Positions 63,249 through 64,000 of a stretch of DNA of 64,000 bases are shown here, one piece after another. Source of the DNA: Bdellovibrionales bacterium (GTDB lineage Bacteria; Bdellovibrionota; Bdellovibrionia; Bdellovibrionales; JAKFYE01); assembly GCA_965206675.1 (NCBI GenBank), contig CBDBKL010000008.1, positions 103,208 to 167,207 on the forward strand. The letters are read 5' to 3'. Both the position numbers and the translations under genes were made by a program. Within the stretch, counting starts at the first letter, position 1. Every line of letters starts with the position of its first letter. The notes under the pieces are model-generated. The model was not told the origin of the DNA, did no database searches, and worked only from the letters and a program-made list of their open reading frames with translations.

Positions 63249-63271
63249 CACAGATAGAGATAGGAGTTAAC

Positions 63272-63595
63272 ATGAAAGGTTTTCCAGGGGGCATACAGAA
63301 TTTTTTAATGCAGGCTCAACAAATGCAAGCAAAAGTGGGTGAAATTCAAAGAGAATTAGAGAATCAAACATTTGAAGGAAGCTCTGGCGGAGGGGTTGTC
63401 ACAGTTACCGTAACAGGTGCGAACATTCTTAAAAAAGTAAAAATCAAACCTGAAGTCATAGATTCTAAAGACATAGAAATGCTTGAAGATCTTGTATTAG
63501 CAGCAACAAATGATGCTCTAAAAACGGCGAAAGACACTTTGAACAAAGAAATGCAAAAAGTAACTGGCGGTATGAACATACCAGGGCTTATGTAA
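63272..63595 (+). CDS. ybaB: YbaB/EbfC-family nucleoid-associated protein
   Basis: The Met at 63272 has TAGGAG 5 nt upstream. The 107-aa product reads MKGFPGGIQNFLMQAQQMQAK...GGGVVTVTVTG...MNIPGLM. The ORF-track extension from 63206 lies in repeat B6. Confidence 0.85.
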   Translation: MKGFPGGIQNFLMQAQQMQAKVGEIQRELENQTFEGSSGGGVVTVTVTGANILKKVKIKPEVIDSKDIEMLEDLVLAATNDALKTAKDTLNKEMQKVTGGMNIPGLM

Positions 63596-64000
63596 ATGAA
63601 AATCCCATCCCTTGACCAACTCATTCATAGCTTCACAAAGCTTCCTGGAATTGGGGAAAAAACAGCTCAAAGACTTTCCTATTATGTTCTGAAACATTCA
63701 TCTTCTTATATTCCTGAATTGTTAAAAGCTCTTCAAAAGGTTGAAAGTTCTATTCTGAGTTGTAAGCACTGCTTTGCTTATACAGAAAATTCAGATATTT
63801 GCACTATCTGTGAGGCAACAACCCGAGATTCCCACCTGATTTGTGTCGTAGAAGATCCTGCTGATATTTTAAAAATAGAAGCTGCTAGAGTTTTTCAAGG
63901 ACGTTACCATGTCCTCCATGGTGCTCTCTCCCCACTTGATGGCATTCTCCCTGAAGATCTCAAAATAAAAGAGCTTATTGAGCGTATAAAGTCTGAAAAA
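63596..64000 (+). CDS. recR: recombination protein RecR (3' end beyond the window)
   Basis: This ORF is not in the ORF track because no stop is reached. The ATG lies immediately after the ybaB stop. The translation is MKIPSLDQLIHSFTKLPGIGEKTAQRL (HhH), then CKHCFAYTENSDICTIC (Cys4), then ICVVEDPADI (Toprim). Confidence 0.9.
   Translation, partial: MKIPSLDQLIHSFTKLPGIGEKTAQRLSYYVLKHSSSYIPELLKALQKVESSILSCKHCFAYTENSDICTICEATTRDSHLICVVEDPADILKIEAARVFQGRYHVLHGALSPLDGILPEDLKIKELIERIKSEK

Overview
This is an AT-rich chromosomal segment from a diderm bacterium. The gene content (many Sec-signal ankyrin proteins, an MltD-like lytic transglycosylase, a caa3 oxidase, a three-gene succinate dehydrogenase recalled as Rv0247c-0249c-like) would fit a Bdellovibrionota/Oligoflexia-like lineage, but that placement is only an inference. 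The housekeeping backbone is a leuS-speA-cation/H+ antiporter string, znuCB, tRNA-Arg(CCT), yhhQ, rpsD-rpmE(type B) convergent with a long-form rpsN, folC, pip, cspA-like, sdhCAB, an eight-gene oxidase operon (cytochrome c, SCO, coxB, coxA, coxC, coxD, ctaB, ctaA) and the conserved string SRP RNA-dnaX-ybaB-recR (recR runs off the 3' edge). Accessory content includes a Dam-type methyltransferase at the 5' edge, a Yej-like peptide ABC importer with no ATPase gene, and a poly-Thr metzincin lipoprotein. It also includes five signal-peptide ankyrin proteins, a small nucleotidyltransferase/RHH/Rpn-nuclease islet, two tandem cysteine-conserved lipoprotein paralogues with opposite-charge linkers, and two large secreted proteins (847 and 983 aa) of unknown function. 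I saw no rRNA, CRISPR array, transposase or integrase. Non-coding DNA is dominated by at least three families of 125-190 nt imperfect palindromic mosaic repeats sitting exactly at gene boundaries. The observations I rate highest are these: (1) a shared extreme C-terminal Pro/Gly-Cys-aromatic tail on five otherwise unrelated secreted proteins; (2) the palindromic repeat families, whose closing stems show compensatory changes; (3) the charge-complementary lipoprotein pair; (4) an A10 slippery tract in dnaX at the expected tau/gamma boundary; (5) non-canonical start codons forced by conserved N-termini in dnaX (CTG) and ctaB (ATA). All functional calls come from motif recognition by eye, and no database search was run.
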